From contig NC_068989.1 in NCBI RefSeq assembly GCF_001194135.2, forward strand, positions 20,459,440 to 20,504,681: a DNA stretch of 45,242 nucleotides, read 5' to 3'. The stretch's first letter is position 1; each line of letters starts with the position of its first letter. The notes under the pieces were generated by a model. That model had not been told where the DNA came from. It did no database searches and saw only the letters and a program-made list of their open reading frames with translations. The DNA is from Octopus bimaculoides. Taxonomy: Eukaryota. Below are positions 1 to 11,670 of the stretch, piece after piece. The position numbers and the translations under genes are program-made.

Positions 1-28
1 TATATATATGTATATATATATGCATATA

Positions 29-824
29 TGGGTACAGGACGTCACCAAGTGTTTAAACAACATGAAGTAAGAAGACAAATGTTAAATACGCAATCAATGA
101 GAGAAAAATGGAAAACAGGACAAGTAACTCAAAGAACGACCCTTCAGTAGTTGTCGGCTGTCTTTCTACTGTCTTCGAAGACAGTTGCTCCCATAAATTC
201 TAAAATAAAATTTTCGATTTATGGACGGTCAAAGTTGGGAATAAAAACAGGACAGTGGAGACATACAAGGAAACCGAACGAAAGCAAACATGGAGGGTCG
301 TTAGACCAGAACGAAAAGGAAAATAGTGAACTTTGGGAGAAATATTTTCTTTGAAAAGAGAAAAGATAGAAGAGAGAAATAGAGGACATCCTGTCATTTC
401 CTCACGTGACCATCTTTCTTTTCCTGCACGACATTCTAAGGACTGGACGTCTTTCATCTTTCTCTTCTATCTTTTCTCTTTTCAAAGAAATATTTCTCCT
501 AGCGTTCACTATTTCCCCCTCGTTCTTGTCTAATGACCCTTTATGATGGTTTTCGTTCGGTTTCCTTGTATGTCTCCACTGTCCTGTTTTTTGTTCCCAA
601 CTTTGATCCTATATATTTTATTTTGGAATTCATGGGAGTAACTGTCTTCGAAGACCATAGTGCCGTTCAAATGCTCGAAATGAGTAGACAGACAGCTGAC
701 AACTGATGAAGGGTCATTCTTTGTTTTACTTTTCCTGTTTTCCATTTTTTCCTTCGTTTGCGTATTTAACGCATTTGTTTTCTTACTTCATGTTGTTTAC
801 ACAGTTGGTGACGTCCTGTTCCCA
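29..824. mobile_element. Foldback/MITE-like element with ~360-380 bp inverted arms, embedded in (TA)n
   Basis: Left arm TGGGTACAGGACGTCACCAAGTGTTTAAACAACATGAAGTAAG... (from 29) is the reverse complement of the right arm ...CTTACTTCATGTTGTTTACACAGTTGGTGACGTCCTGTTCCCA (to 824). Complementarity continues to ~395/~443 around a short spacer. TA-rich microsatellite on both sides. Confidence 0.8.
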
Positions 825-2234
825 AATATAATTCATATATATATAGGTATATGTATATATATATATGTATGTATATATATACATTTATTTATATATGCAT
901 AGTGGCGTACGTACACTTTGTCTCTTATATGCAAGTACACATTTTTCTAAATCTTGTATGACTCAATTTATATCTATCAGCCCCTTCACCCTTATTCGTT
1001 CATTCCACTGTTCGTTCTTTCGTTCCACCTCGCTCACGTTTTCTTGCCTTCTCTTCTCCCTCCACTTTTCACTTCACTATGTTCCTGTCATTTTTTCTCG
1101 TCCCTCCCTAATTCTTTTGTCCCTCTACCTCTCTCTCTTATCTTCCCATGTGACCGGTGTTCGGCCAGGCCTGACCTTTCTTTTTGGGGCGGCCGTTGTG
1201 CGTGCAACATCGTTATTTCTCTCTGTGCCTGTGAAATCTTGTATCCCGGCTGTAAGGTCTTATTTCCATATACGCCTGCTTAATTTTATTCGTCCTCAGT
1301 CGAAAGACATCTGTTGCTATGTCCCGTTATTATTCCTACTGTATTTGTGTAACATTGTTCGTTTTTTTCCGTCCTTGTTTTTGTATACATTCGCTGCTTT
1401 CTTCCAATGAATCTAATGCCCTTAGCTTAGTTTTTCCTTGGGGCTGGCCAGATTGGAGCAATATCGAGAATAACTAGCCGAAATTGCAAAGATAATCTGG
1501 ATCTCGACAGAAGAGAGAAAACTCCGAATGACATGTCCGTTTTTTCTTTGTATCGTCTATCTGTATGTTTTGTCCCTTTCTTGTATCACTTAACTGTCTG
1601 GGTTGGAATACAGTATTGATGAAGGAAATNNNNNNNNNNNNNNNNNNNNNNNNNNNNNNNNNNNNNNNNNNNNNNNNNNNNNNNNNNNNNNNNNNNNNNN
1701 NNNNNNNNNNNNNNNNNNNNNNNNNNNNNNNNNNNNNNNNNNNNNNNNNNNNNNNNNNNNNNNNNNNNNNNNNNNNNNNNNNNNNNNNNNNNNNNNNNNN
1801 NNNNNNNNNNNNNNNNNNNNNNNNNNNNNNNNNNNNNNNNNNNNNNNNNNNNNNNNNNNNNNNNNNNNNNNNNNNNNNNNNNNNNNNNNNNNNNNNNNNN
1901 NNNNNNNNNNNNNNNNNNNNNNNNNNNNNNNNNNNNNNNNNNNNNNNNNNNNNNNNNNNNNNNNNNNNNNNNNNNNNNNNNNNNNNNNNNNNNNNNNNNN
2001 NNNNNNNNNNNNNNNNNNNNNNNNNNNNNNNNNNNNNNNNNNNNNNNNNNNNNNNNNNNNNNNNNNNNNNNNNNNNNNNNNNNNNNNNNNNNNNNNNNNN
2101 NNNNNNNNNNNNNNNNNNNNNNNNNNNNNNNNNNNNNNNNNNNNNNNNNNNNNNGCATGTGTATTTGTGTGCATGTCTCTGTGTGTGTACGTGTATGGGC
2201 ATAGATGTGTGTTTGTGCGTATTTGTGTTTGTGC

Positions 2235-2236
<2 letters not shown>

Positions 2237-2278
<42 letters not shown>

Positions 2279-2292
2279 GTGTGTGTGTGTGT
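2237..2292. repeat. (TG)n microsatellite
   Basis: Direct inspection; next to an N gap. Confidence 0.95.
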
Positions 2293-2479
2293 ATGCATAT
2301 ACAACGTTCATACATACATCAGATATAATATAATATTGTAAGCCTGAATTCTATAATAGGATTTCGAAAATTTTTCCAGAAACCAAGAAAAGAAAAGTTT
2401 CCTTTGCAGATGTTAGCATATATAAAATTTCACAGTTCAATTGAAGAACGCAGACGTAAGAACGTTGTATGCTAGGAAA

Positions 2480-2792
2480 AATGATTTATTCAAAAAAGAG
2501 GAGTACAAAAGAGGAGTACAAAACAAAATCTCGCACACTGGAGGATTTGGAGACGCGAATTCAGGAGGTTCTCAACGAGATCCCAGACGACGCCCTTCAG
2601 AAGGTTGTTCATTCCGTCCGTGGCTGTTTGAGGAAACTGGTTATTGCCACCGGTGCTTACGTTGAAATATGAAGATTTTCTTTCATTTTTCCATGTAATA
2701 AAGAAGATGTATCATTTGTTTCAATAAATTTGTTAGATGAATATGGATTTTATTACCAATTTTTAATGCCTATTTACTTTTCACTCAACCTG
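2480..2792 (+). mobile_element. Tc1/mariner-superfamily relic: transposase C-terminus and right end
   Basis: Peptide KSRTLEDLETRIQEVLNEIPDDALQKVVHSVRGCLRKLVIATGAYVEI resembles Tc1/mariner C-termini. Element ends ...CACTCAACCTG followed by TA (2793-2794), a TIR-like end. Confidence 0.7.
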
Positions 2793-3714
2793 TATACATA
2801 ACTTTATCGGTCGCACATATACAGTATATATGTTTTGTTTATTCGTCAAATATGGAGCGGAATCGCATCCGGAGACAGCTCCCTACATGGCAAACTAAGT
2901 ATGCACGATAGATAAAGCTTACATTATTAGAGCTGATGTTAATATGTAATTATATATATATATATATATNNNNNNNNNNNNNNNNNNNNNNNNNNNNNNN
3001 NNNNNNNNNNNNNNNNNNNNNNNNNNNNNNNNNNNNNNNNNNNNNNNNNNNNNNNNNNNNNNNNNNNNNNNNNNNNNNNNNNNNNNNNNNNNNNNNNNNN
3101 NNNNNNNNNNNNNNNNNNNNNNNNNNNNNNNNNNNNNNNNNNNNNNNNNNNNNNNNNNNNNNNNNNNNNNNNNNNNNNNNNNNNNNNNNNNNNNNNNNNN
3201 NNNNNNNNNNNNNNNNNNNNNNNNNNNNNNNNNNNNNNNNNNNNNNNNNNNNNNNNNNNNNNNNNNNNNNNNNNNNNNNNNNNNNNNNNNNNNNNNNNNN
3301 NNNNNNNNNNNNNNNNNNNNNNNNNNNNNNNNNNNNNNNNNNNNNNNNNNNNNNNNNNNNNNNNNNNNNNNNNNNNNNNNNNNNNNNNNNNNNNNNNNNN
3401 NNNNNNNNNNNNNNNNNNNNNNNNNNNNNNNNNNNNNNNNNNNNNNNNNNNNNNNNNNNNNNNNNNNNNNNNNNNNNNNNNNNNNNNNNNNNNNNNNNNN
3501 NNNNNNNNNNNNNNNNNNNNNNNNNNNNNNNNNNNNNNNNNNNNNNNNNNNNNNNNNNNNNNNNNNNNNNNNNNNNNNNNNNNNNNNNNNNNNNNNNNNN
3601 NNNNNNNNNNNNNNNNNNNNNNNNNNNNNNNNNNNNNNNNNNNNNNNNNNNNNNNNNNNNNNNNNNNNNNNNNNNNNNNNNNNNNNNNNNNNNNNNNNNN
3701 NNNNNNNNNGCATG

Positions 3715-4225
3715 TATATATGTCATATGAAGTTTATTGCACAGAATATTCTGAAATCTCTCAAGGGATATGCTAATGGCATTGGCTATTTGATTTATAG
3801 TCAATCGCATGTCATCTATCACCATGTGGTGAATAGAATTAATGCTTCCCTCGGTCGTAGCAGTTGCAGGACACCTAGACCTTGGGTCATCTTGAACTCT
3901 CTCTTTTCTCCTAAATTCAGCTGTCCACGTTTGAACTGTTGATAGAGCTGGAACATCATCCCCTAACGTAACAACGATGTCAGCATAATGTCTTTGGAGG
4001 ACATACCCGATACTTGATAACACCACAATACCAAATTTTGTCCATTTTCAGAAGAAATCTCTACTAGTTAGTACTAAATTCTTCTTTGAACAGTCAAATC
4101 TCAGTTTACCTGAAACGAAACAATGCGTTTATCAATAAGAACAGCAGAAATTAATGCTTGCAAGATTTCGCAGCTGTAGCATCACTCCTTCATAATCAGA
4201 CTATGAACTTTTCAGCACACCCTCG
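3715..4225 (-). mobile_element. mariner relic: left TIR and N-terminal HTH region of the transposase
   Basis: Minus-strand peptide ADIVVTLGDDVPALSTVQTWTAEFRRKERVQDDPRSRCPATATTEGSINSIHHMVIDDMRLTINQIANAISISLERFQNILCNKLHM is a typical mariner paired-HTH region. TIR-like end TA|CGAGGGTGTGCTGAAAAGTTC at 4227-4205. Confidence 0.85.
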
Positions 4226-4528
4226 TACATTCTAACATAAAGTTTAATTAAATATATTCCAAAATCAATATCTACCCAAATCAATTAACAATTTAATCAA
4301 CAATAAATGTCACCTTTAAAGAAACTAAAACAATATTTAAAAAACAAATAACAAATTAAATTAATCGACTTAGATACACTAACAAAGACGGTCCTTTACC
4401 ACGTCATACACGGAAAGAAATAGTAATGACTAGCAAATAAAAAATACTAAGCATTCATGAAATCATGCAGACTTAATGTTAAAATACACACGTTCTAAAT
4501 CAGATATGACTACTTTATACGTATGTAT

Positions 4529-4530
<2 letters not shown>

Positions 4531-4565
<35 letters not shown>

Positions 4566-5050
4566 NNNNNNNNNNTATATATATATATATACATATGTTT
4601 ATGATAAAAAGTGTACAGCTGTACAGTGTGGAAAATTTACTCCCCACGGCAAGTTCGGTGTACCCTTTTTATCGACTTTTCTAAACAATGCAAGTCATGT
4701 CGACGCAAACACCAGCCACTTCGGAGACTGTTTTATCATCTATACATACATACATAGATACATACGTACATACATACATACATACATGCATATATACATA
4801 CATACATACATACATATATACATACAAACATACAGGAAATGCAAATACATAAATATGTATGTACACCTATGTATGTATACACAAACACACACACATACAT
4901 ATACATAAACATGTGTGTATTTATATGTATATATATGTATATATGTATGTATATATATATATGTATGTATAATACACACACACGCACACACACACACACG
5001 CACTCACACGCACACACATATATATGTACACATGTATATACATATATATA
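4531..5050. repeat. Compound (CA)n/(TA)n/(TACA)n microsatellite field
   Basis: Direct inspection; includes a short non-repetitive insert at ~4600-4740. Confidence 0.9.
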
Positions 5051-5559
5051 TGAGTGAGTTATCATCTGCAAATCACTTATATTTTCATATAGGGAGAAAA
5101 CTTTTACAACTACTTATGTAGCTTTTAAAGTTCAAACAGACACGTATTGAGTAGAATGAAATCATGTGCTGTAGTGTGCGTGCAAGTAACTTTCAAATCA
5201 GCAGTAAAAGAACCATTAATACAACGTGGATACATAAATGATTATTGCTACTTTTGTAGGGGCAAACAGAAACCAGTTCAGTTGGCGTTACATTCCAACT
5301 ATACACACACTTGATGGACGTTCGAAGTGCATATATGCATGTATGCATGCATGTANNNNNNNNNNGACACGTATTGAGTAGAATGAAATCATGTGCTGTA
5401 GTGTGCGTGCAAGTAACTTTCAAATCAGCAGTAAAAGAACCATTAATACAACGTGGATACATAAATGATTATTGCTACTTTTGTAGGGGCAAACAGAAAC
5501 CAGTTCAGTTGGCGTTACATTCCAACTATACACACACTTGATGGACGTTCGAAGTGCAT

Positions 5560-5687
5560 ATATGCATGTATGCATGCATGTATGTATGCATGCATGCATG
5601 TATGTATGTGTGTGTATGCATGCATGTACGTATGTATGCATGTGTGTATGCATGTATGTATGTATTTATGTATGTATGTATGTATGT

Positions 5688-5732
<45 letters not shown>
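5560..5732. repeat. (TGCA/TGTA)n followed by (ATAG)n microsatellite
   Basis: Direct inspection. Confidence 0.95.
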
Positions 5733-5733
<1 letters not shown>

Positions 5734-7194
5734 GCACGAACATTATTTTCCTCGATCGAGCGATCTACTAGCGCAAATCAATCGACACCGTCGACTGAAT
5801 TTTACAAAAAATTATTGCTTTATAAGTTTGTTCAGAGTTGCCGCTCTTAGATATATTCCATTGACAAGAGACAAAAAACTCGAAACTTCGATGTCTGGGA
5901 TTCCTGATAGATGGCAACGCTAAACAAACCAGATGTATTCACACCTTTTACCATAAGAGAGATATTTTCTCCACGTTAACTGCAGTGACTTTGCTTTTTA
6001 GAAGTTGAAATATTTGATAAACATATTTTAACTAACCTATACATATATTTCTGTACAGGGTTAGAGCAAAAGTTCGGAACAGTTTTAAAGTAAAATTCAG
6101 AAGCAATATTGAGATGTTGGTACATATCTTGATTCAACCTCGTATGTTCCACTTTTATTCCACCACCTTTGGCTATCTTTGAAGTAGCTTCATGAGCTCA
6201 TCCTCTCAGAACTTGGCATCTTTCTGGGACATGAACTAGTCTAAATGGTTTTGACAGTCTTCCAAAGAATTGAGGTTCTTTCAATTAGAAGAATTTTGTA
6301 GAGACTGAAATAAATGGTAATCCGAAGGTACAAAGACAGGTGAGTATGGTGGGTGTGGTACCAATTTCTACCAGGTCTGAGAGGAAACATGGGGGTCTAG
6401 TGTTGTCCTGAAGGAAAACGACGCCCTTCGGATAGGCAAAATTCTGGGCGTATTTCATCCGTCACCTTTAATAAGCCTAATTGTGAACAATGTCTGAATT
6501 CTACATCTGATTTTATGGAAGGTGCTCGTAATACACAATGCCTTTCCAATGCTTGAGATACAGATGCTTCCAATGCCCTTCCAATGCTTGAGATACAGAG
6601 TATCCCCATCTTCGTATACTGACCCCCTTTTCAAGTAGCTGATGGTGGTCCATTTCGTTTTCTCCAGGAAATATTTACTCCCGATTACTGTAAACAAGCC
6701 ATTTTTCATCACTGTAATAGTTCTTTTTTTTTTAAAATGGGGCGTCTTTATTGCATTTGAGAAGAGATTCACTTATAGAAAGGCGGTCCATTTATTTTTT
6801 TCTGTTAAATTATGACGCACTCAAATATCATAGCGATTCACGTATCTAAGTGTTTTTAAATGCCTTAACGTTCATATAAGATATGTGGGATTTCTCTGCG
6901 ATATCTCGTGTCGTGTGCCCGGAAATATTTTTCATTAACATTTCGATTTAGTTATCATGAACGACTGTAGGCCTGCCGGAATGTTAATAGACTTTCATTT
7001 TCTAAACCTAGCGAATTAGTTAAGAATAGTCCTCTTAGATATGACACCGTCTCCACAAACTGCAGATGATTTATTTTACTGTTTGTACAACGTTTTATTC
7101 TTTCGGGGAATAAAAGAGCATGAAATGACGAAAATGTGTCTAATTTTCCTTCATTTTCACTGTTAACGTAAAGACAGTAGAAGTAAACTATCCT

Positions 7195-9240
7195 TTTATT
7201 CTTTTATGCGTTTCACTCCAAAGGCCGTATCCATACTGGGCTTATCATCTTCTTCGTATACTGAACGGCTTTCTTTTGTGATTGGAGTTTGGTTAAGGGG
7301 GGAATTTGATATTACCTTTTTTGAACTTCTCACCGTGATGTCGTTCCAGCTGGGACTTTGGATAACAGGAAGTCAAGTTGTTTTTGAAAATGTCTACCCC
7401 TACATCATGTAGATCTCTCAAATATTTTGGTAAGCCTTTAAATAGCTATGGGTCCTTGAATCTGAAGCTATTGCAATACATGTTCCATACTCTAGAACAG
7501 ATAGCTAGGACATTTGGAACAGAGTAGTGACGTCCATTTCGGGGCGCTTGTATAGCTTTCGGTGCCAAAGTTTGGTGTCAGTCCTTCCAGGAACTTCCAT
7601 GCGTATATCACATATGTTGTTTTCTTCATCCCATTTATATATAGCATCTAGAACTTTCTGTAGAAGATTAGTATCAAAAGGTTCCTTGACTTCTTGTTCC
7701 ACTTTTGTGCCGTCAGCATAGCTAGTACGTGTGGCTGTCTGTGTAACTGATGGTATATCCGAAAGAACCACCATAAACATCAGGGGCTCCAAGACAGTTC
7801 CCTGAGGCACTCCACTCGCTATCACTGTCTCCTTGGAGATGACCCCATCGGTTTCCACAGCTTGGCTTCTATTTTTAAGCATTTATGTAACCACTCTCAG
7901 GTTTTCTATTATTCCAAGTCTCCGTAGCTTGCGATATATTATCCCATGATTAGCCTTATCAAAGGCTGTTGCAAAACCGAGATATATCACATCCACGTTT
8001 GAGCAATTAATCAGTTGTTTCTACATCCAGTCATAATGCTGCAGAAGCTGTGTAAGGCAGCTTTTTCTTGAGCGGAAGCCACGTGGGTGTGAGGGAATAA
8101 GTCATTATCTTTTTAGAATGTGATCAGCTTCCACCTGGCAATACGTTCTATGACTTTGCTGACATGTGTTGTTAAAAATATATGCCTTTAATTTTTATCA
8201 TCAGCTCTGCTACCTCCTTTATGGATAAGACTTATTATGTCTTCCTTTAACTTTAGGAGAACTATCCCACTTGCAAGGAAGCTTTGGAAGAAGATCTGTA
8301 GTGGACTGGCAAGAGCTCATTTCTATTTCTTTAAGAGAATTGATGGGAATCCATCAGAGCTTATGGATGAGTTTATGCTCATTTCATCAATGGCTGATAT
8401 TACATGAGTTTTCTCTACTTAGATGTAATGAATAATTGCTATCTCTTTGAGTAGAAATTTGGTGTCAAAGAACTCATTAGGTATAGCTTTCCCAAATGCC
8501 CCAACGGAGTTGTGAAAGCGCTTTTGTATTGCACATTCAGTATTTCACTTATCCTCTGGAGGGTCTGCAGTCAGTGAGCCATTTACTTCGAACAGTGGCC
8601 CCATCTTGTACCGTACTGAAGCAGACTATTTTTCAAATCTATATAAGGCTTTAGGGTGGTCTTTACATTTGTCACAGCTCTAGCTTCTTTCTCTGCCCTC
8701 TCTTTTTCATTGGAGTGTTTTAGTTCACTTTCAATCTCAAGTAATGTCTTTTGAAATAGAATTCTTCGCTACCCTTTATGGCCCACTTAAACGATTTGAG
8801 ATCTTTGCTCGCCGTCTTATTATAATTTTCTTATGCTAGGGAATAATGTTTTTCGGTCGGTTTGGCATTCTCTCTGGATCAAATTTACTGCATTTGTCAT
8901 GCATGATTGTCATAAAGTATTGTAGTTTTATGTCAATATCTTGCATAGAGTGACTATTAGACCAGTTTTCTTTCATGAATTCTTTCTGAATACTCTTCCC
9001 ATCAGCTCTTTGGAAGTTCAAGCTGGAAAGGTGTTAGGCGCTTCTAGTAGCCGGCATGTCTGCAATTCTCTGCGGACCAGGAAGTGTTAGTTCAGTTAAG
9101 TTATGATTCAAGAAAATCGTCAGTGTCATCTTAAAATTACAGATGAGCGCCGTATTACTTGTAAAGCAGAGGTCCAGAGCATTTTTAGTGCGACTTTTCT
9201 TGTACTTGCACCAGATCACACTGTAAAAGCTATGTATTTG
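7195..9240 (-). mobile_element. CR1-group LINE relic A (decayed RT region, internal deletion)
   Basis: Minus-strand motifs VDVIYLGFATAFDKANHG, SGVPQGTVLEPLMF, SYADGTKV and C-terminal FQKQLDFLLSKVP. Many stops and frameshifts. Clearly homologous to relics B and C. Confidence 0.85.
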
Positions 9241-10518
9241 CAATCCAGGAGGTGGAAATTGCTACAAAATACCTAACAAACGAAAGAGACTGAAGTCTTT
9301 GGAGCCCCAAATTGCAACCGAGAATGTTGACTATATCACAATTTTGTGGATGACATCACAGATGTGATCAACAACTGCCCAAAAATGTCAACATGGCACT
9401 ACCTACCAATGCGATACGACATTATAACTAAAACGGATATACAACACCACCCGAAAAAATTACTGTCCTTGGATAAATATAAAGAATCCCCATTATTCAA
9501 TACGTACATAAACACCAACACAAAGGATTTTGATGAAATATTTCCAACAAAGTTTCTACCAAGCGCAAACATAACAGATATCGTTGTTTAGGACAAGTAA
9601 GAAAATGTAGAGATCAGCTGCCCTCCTAATCTGAACATCTCTTCGAAAATCAAACAGAAAGAGAATAACTACGGTTAACTGCTTAGATACCTTCAGATTA
9701 TAAATTTACATTTATACTAATAATAGTTGATGCACTTCGTTTTGTGAAAAAATACCTAATTCATAACCTGGAAAAGCTAGGGCATTTAGAAAAAGAAACC
9801 AACCACTTACCGCACATTACTAACGCAATGTTAGAGGAACAGTAAAGATATGCAAGACTTTTCTGAAGTTATCTACATTCCAACGCTGAAGTTCTGTATC
9901 TTTGTTAGATAAACCAGCTCTTTCATAACAGAAAAATTTCAAATTAAAAATAGAAGGGAACACACACACACACACACANNNNNNNNNNNNNNNNNNNNNN
10001 NNNNNNNNNNNNNNNNNNNNNNNNNNNNNNNNNNNNNNNNNNNNNNNNNNNNNNNNNNNNNNNNNNNNNNNNNNNNNNNNNNNNNNNNNNNNNNNNNNNN
10101 NNNNNNNNNNNNNNNNNNNNNNNNNNNNNNNNNNNNNNNNNNNNNNNNNNNNNNNNNNNNNNNNNNNNNNNNNNNNNNNNNNNNNNNNNNNNNNNNNNNN
10201 NNNNNNNNNNNNNNNNNNNNNNNNNNNNNNNNNNNNNNNNNNNNNNNNNNNNNNNNNNNNNNNNNNNNNNNNNNNNNNNNNNNNNNNNNNNNNNNNNNNN
10301 NNNNNNNNNNNNNNNNNNNNNNNNNNNNNNNNNNNNNNNNNNNNNNNNNNNNNNNNNNNNNNNNNNNNNNNNNNNNNNNNNNNNNNNNNNNNNNNNNNNN
10401 NNNNNNNNNNNNNNNNNNNNNNNNNGAAGTACGCGGTTACAGCAGAAACGATTAGAAATTATCAATACCTATAAACACAGAAACATATTTACACATATAA
10501 ACTAGGCTATATTAATAA

Positions 10519-10730
10519 TGGTTTCAAATTTTGGCACAAGGCCAGCAATTTCAAGTGGGGCGTAAGTCGTTTACATAGACCCCAGTGATCAACTGGCACG
10601 TATTTTATCAACCCCGGAAAGATGAAAGGCAAAGTCAAACTCGGCGGAAGTTAAACTTAGAGCATAAAGACGAACAAAATGTCGTTATGCATTTTGCCCG
10701 GCGTGCTGACGCATCGGCAAGCTCACCGTC

Positions 10731-10731
<1 letters not shown>
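10519..10731 (-). mobile_element. SINE-A copy (short GCTGGCCTTGTGCCAAAATTTGAAACC tail type)
   Basis: Reverse complement has the head ...GAGCTTGCCGATGCGTCAGCACGCCGGGCAAAATGC, the central TTTGCCTTTCATC domain and the tail. Confidence 0.8.
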
Positions 10732-10782
<51 letters not shown>

Positions 10783-10830
10783 TGATGATGATGATGATGA
10801 TGATGATAATATGATATTATTAATATTAAT
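10731..10830. repeat. (AAT)n followed by (GAT)n trinucleotide repeat
   Basis: Direct inspection. Confidence 0.95.
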
Positions 10831-10844
10831 ATTATCATTATCCT

Positions 10845-11190
10845 CTACGTCGGCATGTCGTCCGACTTTACGTTCTGGGCTCAAATTCAGCTGAGATCGA
10901 CTTTACCTATTATACCTTTAATGGTCGATGAAATAAGTATCAGTCGAGTTATGGAGTCGATGTGATCGATGATACCTGCTACTCTAGAACTTCAGGTCTT
11001 AAGATTATTTCTTACTTAAGATTACTTCTTACTGGTAAAACCATTAGCACGCCGGACAAAATACGAAGCAGTATTTCGGCTATCTTAAAGTTCTGAGCTC
11101 AAATTCCACCGATTTCGACTTTGACTTTCATCTTTTCAGGGTCTATAAGAAGAGTACTAGTCATGTGATAGGGTCGTTGTAATACACTTC
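10845..11190 (+). mobile_element. Two degenerate partial SINE-A copies (~10845-10975 and ~11041-11190)
   Basis: Box-B-like GTTCTGGGCTCAAATTC and GTTCTGAGCTCAAATTCC, each followed by a CGACTTT central domain. Confidence 0.65.
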
Positions 11191-11232
11191 CCCTTCCTTA
11201 AAATAATCTACTGGCTCATCTTGTTTGTTGTT

Positions 11233-11278
11233 AACACAACGTTTCGGTTGATATACCCTCCATCCTTCATCAGGTGTC
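11233..11278 (-). ncRNA. Hammerhead ribozyme motif, inverted copy with damaged stem II
   Basis: GACAC-CUGAUGA-A-GGAUG[loop]CAACC-GAAA-CGUU-GUGUU. Stem I is GACAC/GUGUU; stem II has a mismatch. Confidence 0.55.
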
Positions 11279-11325
11279 TTGGTGAATTTCGAACTTGGGT
11301 TCTCATTCCTAAGAAATTTCCCCAA

Positions 11326-11371
11326 GCCACCTGATGAAGGCTGGAGGGTATATCAGCCGAAACGTTGTGTT
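11326..11371 (+). ncRNA. Minimal type I hammerhead ribozyme motif
   Basis: (C)CAC-CUGAUGA-A-GGCUG[GAGGGUAUAU]CAGCC-GAAA-CGUU-GUGUU. Intact core, 5-bp stem II, palindromic AACGUU at stem III, stem I CAC/GUG. Confidence 0.7.
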
Positions 11372-11467
11372 AACAACAAACAAGATGAGGACAGATATAT
11401 GTCAATTGCAAATAATGTAAATAATGTACATTATTTGTTACTTGCTTTTTAAAAATTAAAAATGATC

Positions 11468-11670
11468 TAAGGCGGAGAGCTGGCAGAATCGAGAGCACGC
11501 CGAGCGAAATGCTTAGCGACATTTTGTATCTCTTTACGTTCCAAGTTCAAATTCGGTCGGAGTCGACTTCGCCTTTCATCATTTCCTTGTCGATAAAATA
11601 AGTTCCAGTTGAGCGTTGGGATCGATGTAATCGATTTATTCCCTATCTGAAAATTGCTGGCCTTATGCCT
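11468..11670 (+). mobile_element. SINE-A copy
   Basis: AAGGCGGAGAGCTGGCAGAATCGAGAGCACGCCGAGCGAAATGCTTAGC head, box B GTTCCAAGTTCAAATTC, central domain and short-type tail. Confidence 0.85.

Larger units (their letters stand above)
11215..11430. mobile_element. Penelope pLTR-like inverted repeat pair containing hammerhead ribozyme motifs
   Basis: ~11215-11313 is the reverse complement of the unit whose direct copy runs ~11314-11430. Same unit as at 36.4-36.7 kb. Confidence 0.8.

Noticed and set aside
700-720. CTGATGA motif inside the foldback element
   Set aside because: No stem II or GAAA follows, so it is not a hammerhead.
865-1410. 181-aa F/L/S-rich ORF that looks like a membrane protein
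   Set aside because: It reflects T/C-rich composition, begins in a TA microsatellite and has no recognisable motif.
5140-5580. Apparently identical ~215-bp direct duplication (5140-5355 and 5366-5580)
   Set aside because: The copies flank a 10-N gap and look identical, which is typical of unmerged overlapping contig ends (assembly artefact).
6053-6100. TACAGGGTTAGAGCAAAAGTTCGGAACAG, resembling a Tc1 TIR
   Set aside because: No matching opposite end or transposase sequence found; too weak to call.
6300-6780. Possible splice donor (CAG|GTGAGT near 6340) and two short minus-strand ORFs
   Set aside because: No convincing acceptor or exon frame and no recognisable domain. Contains a small tandem duplication (TCCAATGCTTGAGATACAGA x2). 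Left unassigned.
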